DNA of 61,308 nucleotides, the filler included, from Ionaspis alba (lineage: Eukaryota), in assembly GCA_964255285.1 (NCBI GenBank). It is 9 parts of 9 records of this genome, joined end to end, with 100 filler letters (N's around TTAATTAATTAA, not from the genome) between each part and the next. Parts side by side here need not be neighbours in the genome. Positions count along the whole stretch, not along the records: positions 6,903 to 13,662 come from CAXUUL010000890.1; positions 13,763 to 20,521 come from CAXUUL010000891.1; positions 20,622 to 27,371 come from CAXUUL010000892.1; 6 more parts are not named here. One strand, written 5' to 3'. The position numbers were made by a program, and so were the translations under genes. The notes under the pieces were generated by a model, which was not told where the DNA came from, ran no database searches, and worked only from the letters and a program-made list of their open reading frames with translations. Positions 12,995 to 25,496 of the stretch are shown piece after piece (position 1 is the first letter of the stretch; every line of letters begins with the position of its first letter).

Positions 12995-13662
12995 GCTTTC
13001 TGTGGCTACCCGATTGCACGTGGTGGTGGACGTGTGTGCGGGTTCCCGAGTTGCCGAGGTATGGAATGATTTCGTCCGAGGTCTTGGCGGTCAGGGTTGG
13101 GTTGCCATGCTACTGGTGGTTGACTACTGCTGGTTGTGACGACTTCTACTTTCCGGATATTTCATCCGATGTGCCGCTTTCTTGCGGTTTCGTCTTTTTC
13201 TCTTTTCTTACTATGGTACCTTTCTGGTTGGAATATGCTGTTGTGCTGGATATGCTGCGAGGAGTCTCGATGCTGTAAGGAATCTTACCTGAGTACGTCC
13301 ATGACATTGGAAGGGTATAGATTGGACTAGCCTTGTTGAAGTTGGCGAAAGAGTCTCGACTAGGTTAGCGAGCAGTCTCAGCAGCATAGTGATTAGCACA
13401 GCAGTTAGGAAAATTCGCGAACATTTATTCACAAACACTGTGGAATTGTAATGTTCAAAGTTTCATTCAATGATCTACCATCATATCTCGTAGACGTCCG
13501 GTTTGAGGAATTGTATTAGTCAGCTCACCTCGTCAGCCAAACGCTCTATATCTAACCCTTGCCATAGCCAATCTACTATTTCTCAACCACCTCTAAACGT
13601 CAACCAAACAAACACTATCTACACACCCAAAACCCGCCGCCACGCCCCCCTCCTCACTCTCC

Positions 13663-13762
13663 NNNNNNNNNNNNNNNNNNNNNNNNNNNNNNNNNNNNNN
13701 NNNNNNTTAATTAATTAANNNNNNNNNNNNNNNNNNNNNNNNNNNNNNNNNNNNNNNNNNNN
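13663..13762. other. Artificial scaffold-joining spacer
   Basis: N44-TTAATTAATTAA-N44. Confidence 0.98.
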
Positions 13763-13778
13763 ATAACCTTTCCCATAG

Positions 13779-14308
13779 CCCGAAATAGACTCGAGACCCT
13801 AAAGCGTCGTCCCTCCGACCTGCGCCGCTATAAAACCTGGTGCGCCCAGATCAAAGCCTCCCATGGTTCCATCCCTGCCTACGTCCTCCAAAAGAAGTTA
13901 CATTGGAAACCGCTTTCCTGTTCGACGGCTGCTAGCGGTCCGCTGTTTGACCATAAATCGGAGGTCATATTCGAGGATCCAAATGATTATAAGATTCTGC
14001 GCAACGATTGGCCATATGGCATCGCGCCAGGGATTACGCATCTAGTGGTGTGGCTGAAGAACAAGGTCGTAGTCAATGAGGCGGGGGACTTGACCGATGA
14101 GGAGAGGTGCCGGGTGGAGGAGTTTGTAAGGAGGCGATTCAGGGAAGGCATCGGGGAGAAAGTACATGGAGAAAGGGTACTGTGGTTCAAGAATTGGGGT
14201 GCAATACAGAGTGTCAGGGGGATTGATCATGTGCATGTACTTGTGAGGGATGTACCTGATGAAGTTATAGATAATTGGGCAGCGGGATTAGAAAAGGAGA
14301 CGAATTAG
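13779..14308 (+). CDS. GIG1/DUF3605-family protein (N-acetylglucosamine-induced protein 1-like), last exon only
   Basis: After an acceptor ending 13778 the frame reads RNRLETLKRRPSDLRRY...DYKILRNDWPYG...HLVVWLK...VLWFKNWGAIQSVRGIDHVHVLVR, the HIT-like HxHV family motifs. Confidence 0.85.
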
Positions 14309-14640
14309 GACTAGAGGCATGGGTGAAAAGACAGCCGTTGCTTCAGGCAATAGCTATGCTTTTGGTTGTGCAGTCTGTCGTTCCTCTGGAAATCTAGAAG
14401 GTCTTACGTTGGAAAGATGGTGTCACAATAGCCTATCATTTAGCCATAGATGAAGAGAAAATGTAACAGTAAATATTGTGGTATCATACATAGTATCCGA
14501 CTTCCGCCATTCCATTACCACTACCAGCTGAAATCATCACAAGCCGTGAAGCTTGATCATCATATCGTGTATGCATGCAACAATCATCCCCAGTTATCCC
14601 TACACATTGCCGTCACTGCCATCTATCCATACAAGGCTCT

Positions 14641-15563
14641 CTAGATCCTGCCCCCATACATAGCAGGATGGAACGCAATGTCTGGCTTCTGAACCTCATC
14701 GCTGCCCTTAAATTTGGCGAACTGCTCGTGGTTCACATTCACAGGAGCTGAAATGTTCAACCCTGATCGGCCCATCGACTGACTACTCCCAGGATAGGCT
14801 GTAGTATTGGAGCGATGGACCTGAGCAACGGGCTGGCTAGGACTAGGCTGACGGTAGCTTGGGAGGGTGTCGGAGCGGCCGAGTTGGAAAGAACGGCGTG
14901 GAGAGCAGGCGGATGGGCTGCGAATGATGTCGGCTACTTTCTGTGGAGCGACAGCACCGTAGGAGCGAACCATGCGCGCTGTGACGCCGAGAGAAGGGGT
15001 GCGGAAGACATAGCTCTGGAAAGATGGAGAGTTAGCTTTGAGTTGGACAGGAGCACGAGGGGACGGGGAAACTTACTGCAACAATGTTGGCAACACCGAG
15101 GATAACGATGACGACGCCAGAGGAGATGACAATCTGCCAGAAAGAGAGTCCCAGAGACTGCTGGCTGGTGGCCTCTTTATTCAGGTTGCCTAGGATGGAG
15201 ACACCGACGATGATCATAAGAACTCCAAGGGTGACGAGACCGGAGGACTGGCTGAGAAGAGGCCAGTTGCGGGAGAAGTAGCCACGGAAAAGAGGTAGCT
15301 CGGTGACAATCAGGACCACTATTGAAGAAGAGTGAGCTTAGTAGAGACGGTTGGAGGGTCTGGGAGGACTTACTGCCAAGGCTGGCGGTGACGATATGGC
15401 TGATAGCATCGAAGAAGAAGAATTTGGAGACGACAAACGTCTTGACCAGCATCACGGAAGATGCGACGACGACGGCCAAAAGCCCGATAATGTTCATCAC
15501 GCGGAGAACGTTGAGGATAATGTAGCCTGGACCAGCCAGCTTCGAGCTCTTGAAGAAAGGCAT
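14641..15563 (-). CDS. Conserved fungal multi-pass membrane protein, function unknown
   Basis: Three exons (introns 15319-15373 and 15016-15076, both GTAAGT...AG) join in frame: LAGPGYIILNVLRVMNII...FFFFDA...RNWPLL...|SYVFR...TARMVRSYGA; about 4 TM segments. Confidence 0.85.
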
Positions 15564-16591
15564 CGTGGAGGAGTGTCTCGCTGAGGCAAGTCTTCGTAAA
15601 GACTTTGCAGGGAAATGAGGAAAGAGTGGAAATCTGAAGATACTCTAAGGATCTCAGCTGCGCAGCAGTGAATGTGGGATGTTAGGTGGATGGAAAGGGT
15701 GAGGAAGATGAAGAAGATGAAGACTCGAGCCAGTCGATGTGAATAAGATGGTTGCTGCTGGGTTAATACAATGGAGGGGAAACGAAGGGGAAGAAGGGAT
15801 TTGACAATAAAGAAAACGACGAACAACCGACAACCATGAAAGAGAACAAAGTGAACAATAGAAAAGAGCGAACAATGCCGATCTTGAAGGCTCCCAACAA
15901 ACGCGTCAGGAAATCAAGATATTGTCCGTGTCACTCCGAGATCTAAGCTTCAAGACACCTCGAGTCTTATTCGAGGACGTGGGAGCTTTGTTCGAGCTCC
16001 AGGATTGGTCAATCTTCGGGAGCGACATTTTTGAGGAATATTGGGCACTTCAGGTACGCAAGAACAGATCCGGGAGATTGGCGTGACCGCCATGCCTTCG
16101 AATTGTCTGGGTCTTGCAGTATTCCTGGCGCACTTGTATTCAGTGGTGGTGGTTGTTCGAAAGGCTGCTGGCTCGATGTTTCATGTCTGCTCGGCGCCTA
16201 CATGCCGTGAGTCACTTCTGGTGTACTCGACACGAGCAAGTGGCAAGAGCGTCGACCATGAAGAAACCCTAGCCTAGGATGAAGTAGCCCACTGTATCAA
16301 ACATTCTCAGAAACGTGAACCATAAACGCGTGCAATATTCAGTGTGATGATGATGGTGAAGCGACGCGGTGGCCTACCTCCGGCCACAAAATGCTGCTAA
16401 AAATGGCAACAGAGCACTAGCGCCTTGCGGATATCCATCCTCAGTTTTACCGCCTCAGCCCCCCTGCCGAAATATCCCGCATCTCGCATTTCATAAACTT
16501 TCACTTCCCAGCGGCTCCCTTTTTGAAAGCCACTACGGCATCTGGAAGACCCTTGTTGTCACTGTATTGCGGACATCCGAAGCTAGTATCC

Positions 16592-16850
16592 ATGGCTCGA
16601 GGAAACCAGCGAGATAAAGCGCGCGAGAAGAACTTGAAGGATCAAGCCAGTGTTGTAAGCACAACCTTCAACTTCTTTGTTTGTGCAAGTGAAAGCTAAT
16701 ACGTTCTTGATTCTATAGAAGAAGAAGAATACCGTAGGTTTAGCGTGACTGATTTGCTCTGCCTTTACTGAGCTCAACAGCAATCTGGCACCGAGTTCCA
16801 GCGCACAAAGGAACAACAGGCTGCTATCATGAGGCAGAAGCAAGAAGAAG
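16592..16850 (+). CDS. SERF/4F5 small EDRK-rich factor; last exon lost in the N-gap
   Basis: Exons 16592-16654, 16719-16733 and 16781-16850 give MARGNQRDKAREKNLKDQASV|KKKNT|QSGTEFQRTKEQQAAIMRQKQEE, with the MARGNQR signature. Confidence 0.92.
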
Positions 16851-17258
16851 GTCCGGAATCTTTNNNNNNNNNNNNNNNNNNNNNNNNNNNNNNNNNNNNN
16901 NNNNNNNNNNNNNNNNNNNNNNNNNNNNNNNNNNNNNNNNNNNNNNNNNNNNNNNNNNNNNNNGGCCGACCACCATAGATGATCGCACACAGAACAGAAA
17001 TCATTTCAAACAGGCTCATTTGGAGAAGCTATCTGCAGTGGTATAATATAACAAGTGCCTCCCAAGCAAGAAAAAAAAACACGCCTATCAAATTCCGCCA
17101 ATGTAGGCGGGCAATCTTTCCCTTAGCAGATTACCCTCTAAATCCTTTTTGCCGCCTTCCAAGAGCGCAAAAGTCTGATCCACCAACTGTATATCCTTTA
17201 ATGGCCACAAATAGATTACAACACGAAAGATCCATTCCTCCCTCTGGTCAAACACTCT

Positions 17259-18373
17259 TCACATCATCTTCTCCATCGGTGCCGCCCCTAAATTATTCCG
17301 TGGTTAGCATTGACTTCGGAAATATTGACCGATGTAGGAGGCACTAACCACCCATGCCTCCAAAGTTGCCTATTCCAGCCATCGGTGGGAAAGCTGCCAC
17401 TCCGCAGAAGCAATTGCAAGCTCCGTTGACCACATTTCCAGATACCACTCCCGAAGGAGGTGGCGGTGGAGCGCTCGCTGGAGGAGCAGCAGCTGGTGGA
17501 GCAGCTGATGGAGGTGGTGCAGCCGCTGGTGGTGGTGGTGCAGCTGCTGGTGGAGCAGCGGGTGGTGGTGGGGTAGCAGCCGGGGGAGGAGGCGAAGCAG
17601 CAGCGGCGGCTTGACTAGTGACTGTAGAAGCAGTGGCAGTCCCGTTCTGGGCTATTGCCATGTCTAGGAATTTGGCGTGGGTCTTGTCGGCTGTGGGGTT
17701 TATGGAGAAGACCATTCCCTTGCCGCAATGACCCTTTTGCCTGCAGTAGAACCCTGTACGAGACTTCATTAGCCCAGAATTCTGCTAGAGCTATAACACC
17801 ATAGGCTTGGGTGCTGGGTAGAGCTATACTCACAAAGGGGCGTCTCTACTACGATCTGGATCTTGAAGGATGGTGGCGGGCTCATGGTATTGTTAGGGTT
17901 TGGCATGAACATGGAGTCCATGCCTCCAGACATCTTGATACATGGTGTCGTGAAGCCAGACTGCGTGACGGTATGATTCTGGGACATAAAGTTGAATTGC
18001 ACCATGTCGCCTTTCGTTGCCATGATGGTGCTGGGAGAATAGATTAGGCCTGCATCGCCACCGACGGTAACCTATAGAAGACAAAGGTTAGTGGACTGAA
18101 TTTGCCAATCTATAGTAAAACTAAGAGACTTACATAGTGTGTCATGCCCACCGCCATAGATGGTGGTGCAACCTGGTTCATGGCAGCACCACCACCATTG
18201 CTCCACTCTATAATCGTGACCGAGACGTCAATCTCAATCGTGTTTCCTCCTGCTGTCGTTGTGATCTTGGATCCTGGTGCGGTAATAGTGGTAGCTCCCA
18301 TGCCCATCTCCATCCCCATGGTTGCCAAGGCGCCCGCGACACATGTTGCAAGAACTAAGAGTGATCGGGCCAT
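17259..18373 (-). CDS. Secreted cupredoxin-domain protein with Pro/Ala-rich linker
   Basis: Signal peptide MARSLLVLATCVAGALA. Exons 18373-18134, 18071-17834, 17753-17349, 17287-17259. Motifs VTVGG, GDMVQFNF..QNHTVTQS.F..PC and PLW|FYCRQKGHCGKGMVFSINP. Confidence 0.88.
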
Positions 18374-19288
18374 GGCGAGAAAAAGTGTCACAAGGTCGAT
18401 ACTATAGTACGAATATAAAGAGACAAACTCGGCTGCTTCGTCAAGAAGCAGGTAGATGAATAGAAATCGCACAGAGGATTATGAATGCGGACGATGAAAG
18501 ATTGGACGAGAACCTGCTCAGCAGCGAGAGAATGGCACTCTGCGCGAAAGAAAACCTGAGAAAACAACGAAAGACAATGACAGGAGATGAAGTAGAAACG
18601 AAAAAGAACTGGGAGAGATGCTACGATACTTTAACCGCTCAGTAGCTTTCTGCTGGTCCTCGTTGTGCCGTTAATGGAACAGCAAGTGTATCATCCTCAT
18701 GGAGAAGGCAACTTCAAACACAATCGATCCCACTCCGGAGTACAAGTAATCCGCAATTAGCATTAACTCCATCATCTGACCAAACCTGCGCTAACTTACG
18801 AAGATAGCAGGCGGTATAAGAAAGGTGGGAGAGAGTTGGGTGTTGCATGAAGTTCTATCTTCATGCATGCAGCGCTAATCGTCTCGAGTGTAGCATCCAG
18901 CGCCAAGCATCGTTTCACCTCAAACCCCTGACAGCTCGCTTGCTTTACTTAAAATGGAAATCTTGAACCTCCTTCACGGCATGGCACATTTTGCATTGCA
19001 CACCTTCCCACGCTGGACACCTTCGCAAATCTCGGAATCGGGCTTTTTGGCTGAGAAGGAGGCGTTGTTTGGCCTCCCGGTCGTTGAAACGTTTCTGAAG
19101 TCGTGAATCAAACAATTGCCAAAATAGGATCAAAGTGTGCGTACCCATGAGCCAAGAATAGCGCTTCATAGTATCCATACTGCTGGAACTGAACGATAGA
19201 GACTTCGAACGTCCGAGTCCCAATATGCCGTCCTCTTGCCGGCTGGTGAATTGATAGCCTAACGATCCTCATGCCCTGAATATCCTTC

Positions 19289-20020
19289 TCAGCCGCTTCC
19301 ATCAGGCTTGTCGCTTGGTACATTCTCACCTTTCGAATGTCCAGCGTAAGCCTGTCCCTCGTAAAGCCCCGTGTAATAGCCTGCCCAATACCAAGACATC
19401 ATCAAATTCTTCAAAGCCTCATCTTGCGTAGCTACGTTACAATCAGTCAAGACGTCCCCCGAGAAACAAGGTAAGCAGCCAGGAACGAACAAGTTCCGAT
19501 CATGCCTTGAGGAACGTGGGGCTCCTTCCTTGAGGCTCCTGCTGTAGACGTTTCGGACCCCTGAGGAACGCCATGAGGTTCGGCACGTTGCGATGCCTAT
19601 CATGCGTGTTAGTTTTTCGAACTAGAGTGCCGACCGGGTGCTTGACCTCTGCATTATCCGGTGGTGGGACTGCGCTTGACATGGGTTCGTCTGCCTCCTC
19701 CAATTCCCCGTCTTCGAGGAACTCGTCATTCTTTTGCGGTGTGGTCGCGTGATCCAACACCTTTGTCGAACCCTCGTTGATTGGCGTTGCGGGGTCCTTT
19801 ATTGACTCTTCCTTCATGTGTGCTGCAAGGACATCTTCGACCCGTTCACCACGGGCATGAATGCTGTGGTACAGCTTGTCGAGGTTTAGAGAGCGTCCCT
19901 TGCACTATGCCAGGACGAGCAGCATACCTTGTACTCTTCTAGCGCACTGTCCCACGAGTCGATGAGCGCGGTATCGTCCCATATCTCAGCTTGTGAAAGC
20001 TCTTTTCGCTTCCTGCCCAT
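19289..20020 (-). CDS. smn1: Survival motor neuron (SMN)-like snRNP assembly protein
   Basis: N-terminal Gemin2-binding motif EIWDDTALIDSWDSALEEYK|LYHS and C-terminal YG box LKNLMMSWYWAGYYTGLYEG. Introns 19875-19927, 19597-19646 (or 19634) and 19432-19490. Confidence 0.9.
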
Positions 20021-20177
20021 GGTAGTCTCCACAAAGTGATATGCAGAAATAAAGATTCGCTGATTGGCGGAATTGTAGAAGGCATCGTATAGGGCTGATA
20101 TTTCCAGACACCCTGGTAATCGTTCGAACTATCAACAATCTCAATCCTACATTATCTTTTCTGCCTTTCAATCCACA

Positions 20178-20521
20178 ATGATAGATCCAGTAAAACTCAG
20201 ACTCCCTACCGCCGCCGAAGCCCCCACTTCCGACTTCACTCCGCCTTCTCCCGAATGGTTGAACGGCACCTGGCACGTCACGCACTCAACCCTTCCTCTC
20301 TGGAAAAACAAACGCAACGTAACTTTGACCTACGCGCCCCTTCCTCCCGCCGCAAGTGGCGCCTCCCGCATCGACGATATTGCCTCCTACCAAACCTTCT
20401 CCTCTCCTAAAATTCACACCGTGCACGGCATCGACACCTCGAGCGGCGCGTCAAGCGGTGGCTGGAACTGGCGGGGCAAGGGCTGGCTCAGGATCGCGTC
20501 ATCGCATTGGGAAATACTGGG
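20178..20521 (+). CDS. Conserved fungal lipocalin/calycin-like protein, 3'-truncated
   Basis: WLNGTWHVTHSTLPLWKNKRNV...GIDT...WNWRGKGWLRIASSHWEILG with a GxW lipocalin-like motif; runs into the spacer. Confidence 0.75.
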
Positions 20522-20621
20522 NNNNNNNNNNNNNNNNNNNNNNNNNNNNNNNNNNNNNNNNNNNNTTAATTAATTAANNNNNNNNNNNNNNNNNNNNNNN
20601 NNNNNNNNNNNNNNNNNNNNN
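20522..20621. other. Artificial scaffold-joining spacer
   Basis: N44-TTAATTAATTAA-N44. Confidence 0.98.
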
Positions 20622-21519
20622 TCCCCACCGCCTTACCAACCTTCTCCCCAAACTCCAACAACCGTCCCCCCTCCACAAAGAAAACTCTCAATCTCTCCTC
20701 CTCGCCCCTACCCCGATTATTCACATTCTGCACCTGCAGTCCCTTCGCCGCCTCATCCAACATCCGGCCAACACTCCACTCTCCGTTGTAGAAAAACTCT
20801 CCCCGCGGCAACTTCGCCGTCGTGGTCGCCGCTTCTGCCTCAACATGCAGGTAGACGCGCTTCTCGACGGGGATCTTGGCATCGCCTTTGGCGGACCGCT
20901 TGAGCGTGTTCATAGCTGTGGCTTTGGCGGCTGCGCTGGAGGGTTTGGGGGGTGGCCGGATGAGGGGCGAGGCGGCCGCCGCCGCGGCTTTTTCTTTTCC
21001 CCACAGCTTCAGCCTGGAGAGCGCGGCTTGGGCTTTTTGCGTTTGCGTGTTCACGGTTGAGGCGGGGCGGGCGCCGAGCGGTGTTAGGCGGGCGCAGTTG
21101 TGGTCTTCGCGTAGCCGGTGCTTGAGGCAGTATTGGCGGTTGCAGGTTTGGCAGCCGACGCCGACGGAGGTGAGGGTGTTGATGTAGGTTTTGCATTGGG
21201 GGTGCGAGCATTGCGTTGCGGTTGCTAGAGTGGGTTTGCCGTTGTTGGAGTTCGTGGTGGAGGTGGGGTTGGGGATTGATGTCTGGCGGCGGGCGGCTGC
21301 TGCCCAGGCGCCGGCGTGGGAGCAGGAGTGCGAGGTTTCGGTGCGGTGGTCTAGACAGTAGGTTCCCTTACAGGATTCGCAGCGGAAGGGGAGGAAATCG
21401 AGTTGGTTGCAGTAGGTGTATTGGCAGTGGGCGCCTATGGCTTCCAGGTCTTTGTCCATGGGGGAGAAGCTCTGGACGTCGTTTGAGGGCGGTGCGGGTG
21501 ATGAGGAGGAGGAAGCCAT
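20622..21519 (-). CDS. CUZ1: AN1-type zinc finger protein (Cuz1/ZFAND1-like), 3'-truncated
   Basis: Two AN1 fingers (IGAHCQYTYCNQLDFLPFRCESCKGTYCLDHR..HSC and C..C.RQYCLKHRLREDHNC) and a C-terminal ubiquitin-like region AKGDAKIP..KRVYL...WSVGRMLD. Confidence 0.9.
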
Positions 21520-22483
21520 GATGAAAGAGGCAGGGTCTGTGTTGAGTGCTGAAGGGTGCTGCCACGGAGGCAGCTTGGTTGCGTCAGCTGGTGGCCCATG
21601 AGGATGTTGGTAATGAGGCTCTTGAGAAGATGCTGGAATGCCAAGGCTAGCTGAGCTAATGAGTGCTTAAAGTCTTGGCACGTTCTAAGGCTGGGAGCAA
21701 AAGCTTCAATGTTTTCCCTCATGCCGGACTGTTACAACTCATGACTGAGACTAAGCATGTTCGTGATCCAGTCATGCTATTCTGTGATTTCGGCAAGAAA
21801 CTGGGAATTAGCAAGTTCGGGACTTAGTGCTCCACAGTCTTTGTTCTTGCTCCTTACCGCAAAAGGGTATCTAATGCCGGACAAGATCTAATGGCATTGC
21901 AACAACGAAATGTTTCGCCACTACTAGTCTGGAATTATCTGCTTGATGTCTTTGTCATCCGATACTTGGTCCGCCAATAACTTCGATACATAATTGCCTG
22001 CAGCAGCTCTTGGATTACGAAGCAGAACTTCTAAAGGTCTCCTAAGTACANNNNNNNNNNNNNNNNNNNNNNNNNNNNNNNNNNNNNNNNNNNNNNNNNN
22101 NNNNNNNNNNNNNNNNNNNNNNNNNNNNNNNNNNNNNNNNNNNNNNNNNNAAGTCTCCCTCCTAGGGCATTCTGCAACTGGCTTACTCATCTCGACAATG
22201 TGCTACTACCCTGTTTTTGGATCAGATATCCTTGTAAGGCGAAGCTCTCCGAGCTCATCTGGCATGTTTACTAAGCATGTCGAGCCTTTGGGCACTCCTG
22301 TCTAATATCTTTGTTCTGTGTTCTTCCCGTCTCGTCAACGGGAAAAGAAACAGCGACAACTGTTTGATTTATCAGCCATCCCGGAGTGCTTATTTATACA
22401 ATGGTTTGCTCTCCTGTTTGTGAACAACATTTCGCTTGAGCAATTCCGAACAAACCCTAACTTCATACCACGTGATCATCAAC

Positions 22484-23423
22484 ATGTCTGCGAACACTAC
22501 TTGTCTGATTACCGGCGCCAGTAAGGGTACGTCGTGACTTGTCAACTAGAGACCCTACAAGCAGTTATGAGTCCTACTGAAGCTATTTACATCATATAGG
22601 TATTGGCAAAGGCCTTCTATCAGCCTTTCTGCTTCGGCCTAAGACTACAGTCATCGCTGCTGTCCGAGATACCAATTCTTCAGCTTCTCAGGAGCTGTAC
22701 AAGCTTCCCACTGGTGATAGCTCCCAACTGATCCTCGTCAAGATCGACAATGTGTCTGAGAGCGATGCCAAGGCTGCCATCGAGCTGCTTCGCTCAAAGC
22801 ACAAGATCTCGAAGCTAGATATCGTTATGGCAAACGCGGGAATTGGCACCGATTTCTCTTTTGTCAAGGAAACTCCTGTCCAAGCAATGAAGGACCACTT
22901 TGAAGTCAATGTGATCGGTCCTCTGATACTTTTCCAAGCTACCTTGCCTCTTCTCACTGCGGCACCCGACCCAAAATTCATGGTCACGTCGTCCTCGGTG
23001 GGTAGTATCGGAGATATTCTGCAAGCTCCCTCTCTGGCATATGGTTGTTCGAAGGCCGCTGTGAATTATCTCGTGCGAAAAGTCCACGTTGAACACCCTA
23101 ACATAACGACAGTGGCACTACACCCAGGGTTTGTTCCATCCCAAGGCTACCAGATATCACTAGTACTCATTGACATGATGCAGGTGGGTGCAGACTGACT
23201 CTGGAAATTTCTCGGCGAAGGTATGGGGCGCGGATCAGCCGCCTTTGACCCTCAAGGAAAGTGTCGGAGGCTTGATGACCCAGGTAGGATGAATGCTGGT
23301 CTGCTTCAAGACTGTCCAGAGATGACTGATTGGCGACCGCTTTTGTTATAGGTCGAGAAGGCGACTAGAGCAGAAACCTCTGGGACCTTCCTGTCATATG
23401 ATGGCTCTCATATCCCATGGTAA
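22484..23423 (+). CDS. Short-chain dehydrogenase/reductase (Nor-1/AflD-like ketoreductase type)
   Basis: Four exons (introns 22527-22599, 23129-23183, 23284-23351). TGASK|GIG cofactor motif, ANAG, catalytic YGCSK, LHPG|WVQTD, ends DGSHIPW. Confidence 0.9.
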
Positions 23424-23832
23424 ATGTGCAGCTCGATAACAGCCGACGTCGGCTGTCAATAGGCTCCGAGGGAAACAAGTGTGATAGCGTCTTCATTAAA
23501 CACAGGATCGTAGCTCACAAGTATCGTCAGTCATTACATACCAGCAGATGAACATGAAATATTCGAAGAGCAAGTGGTCGCAATGATCTACTAGTGATAC
23601 GACCATGACTTACGTGAAACGGACCTGATTGACGACTTCGATGTTTGGGAAAGATGTCTTTATTACCCTTTCATCCGTAGCCCTGTACCCTAAGTAGGCC
23701 AAGACCGTCTCTCCGGCGAATCATGCTGGTGCGCTCTTAACCTGCGAGTATACTCAAGCATGTCAGACCTCTAGATTTGACAATGAATTTCGAAAGTTCA
23801 TCTCTCCCCTCGTAACCAGTCCCGAGACCAAC

Positions 23833-25184
23833 ATGATCAAGTCAGTGAAGTGCTCTGGTACACCATCTGAAGTGGGCTTTGTTGTGTCAACTGCATGAGA
23901 TCAACAGCTGAAGCGTACCACCAGATCGGGTATCAGCATGGTCGAGCAGCAGCAGATGAGATCAAACGCGGCTTGACCTTCTATGAGGACCTTTTCAAGC
24001 TTACGACGAAATTGAATTGGGAAGAAGTGACGCAGACAGCTGTAAAGTTCCTGCCGTTGTTGCAGAGAGATTGGTCTCATTACCTCGATGAGCTCGAGGG
24101 TATGCAACATGGCATTTTCATCAAGTGTATTCGCTATGTCATAAAACGTCTAATTTGGAGTAATGTTGTTGGCTGCTTTGGTCATCATTGACGATTCTAT
24201 AGGCGTTGCCAATGGCGCTGGCGTCCCCTTCCAATCCATCCTCGCGATGAATGTCCGCACTGAAATCGCCTACGGCATGGCCATCGACGGCTGCACGGCT
24301 CTGTCCTGGAAGACCGATGACGCCAGCTTTCTGGCTCAGAATTGGGATTGGCAGCAGGAGCAGGCGGAGAATTTAATTCATCTTACGATTGATCAGGTAT
24401 CGAAACCCCGAATTGAAATGATCACCGAAGCAGGCATCATTGGCAAGATTGGTCTCAACTCTGCTGGTGTCGGCGTCTGCCTGAATGCTATCAGGAAGAA
24501 AGGCATTGCTTTTGATAAGTTGCCCTGTCACCTGGCTTTGAGAGCTTGCCTCGAAAGTACCTCAAAGCGAGAAGCTGTACGGACGCTACACAAGGCGGGT
24601 GTTGCAAGTAGCTGCCATATCCTCGTCGCAGACCAAACTGGAGGTCATGGCCTCGAGTGCAGCTTCTACGAGATGGTCGATNNNNNNNNNNNNNNNNNNN
24701 NNNNNNNNNNNNNNNNNNNNNNNNNNNNNNNNNNNNNNNNNNNNNNNNNNNNNNNNNNNNNNNNNNNNNNNNNNNNNNNNNCGCAGACCAAACTGGAGGT
24801 CATGGCCTCGAGTGCAGCTTCTACGAGATGGTCGATGTGGAGCCGGAAGCTAGCATTCTCTTACATACGAATCACTTCGTCAAGCCCCACTCTCCTCAAG
24901 TCCGTGGAAGTATGCATCTGCCAGACTCGCCCTTTAGATTTAAACGAATCAGTGACTTGGTTAGAATGGCTTTGGGAAAGTCTAGTGAAGAGAGTATAAT
25001 GGAAATGTTGAAGGATGAACAGGATTATCCTGTTTCTATCTGCCGTGCACAAACGGAAGACAGTACTGTTGCGACACTTTTCGGTATTGTCATGGATCTT
25101 CAGAGCAAGATTGCTACTGTGACTATGGGCCGGCCGGTTGAAGGAGGAAAGAAATTGTTGTTAGATCCAGGAAAGAACATGTAA
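23833..25184 (+). CDS. Peptidase C45 / acyl-CoA:6-APA (isopenicillin N) acyltransferase-like Ntn hydrolase
   Basis: Exons 23833-23871, 23925-24099, 24203-25184. Motifs GTPSE|IGYQHG, NVRTEI, DG|CT autocleavage site, QNWDW, TEAGIIGKIGLNSAGVGVCLNA, HTNH. The frame is restored by collapsing the 55-bp duplication around gap 24682-24781. Confidence 0.9.
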
Positions 25185-25496
25185 ATTTTTTGGGGTATAG
25201 AAAGAAATTGAAAGGGTACGACATATCAGACCAAAGCTCGTTGTGTAAATATTACCACCACGGGACTTGTGACAATCTAGATCTTTTTAAGGCAATTTTT
25301 GCACGGGTGGTAGTGTCACGACTGCTCATGCCATTGTGATCGAGATAGGAGAATCTCGTGGCTGCTTGTTCGAATTTCATGCCCACATAGTAGTGTACAG
25401 AGTATGCATGCTTTCCCAAGGAGCGATCTCCTAGGGACTTCAGGTACAGCCAATTCGAACGTGGCTCTTGCACAACATCCGCTGAGATCTCGTTCT

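Noticed and set aside
17450..17615. GGT/GCA-rich tandem-like repeat
   Set aside because: It is the coding Pro/Ala linker of the cupredoxin gene, not an independent repeat element
24599..25184. Frameshifted or pseudogenised C45 acyltransferase, or an internal tandem duplication
   Set aside because: Explained by the 55-bp assembly overlap around the N gap; the collapsed sequence is in frame
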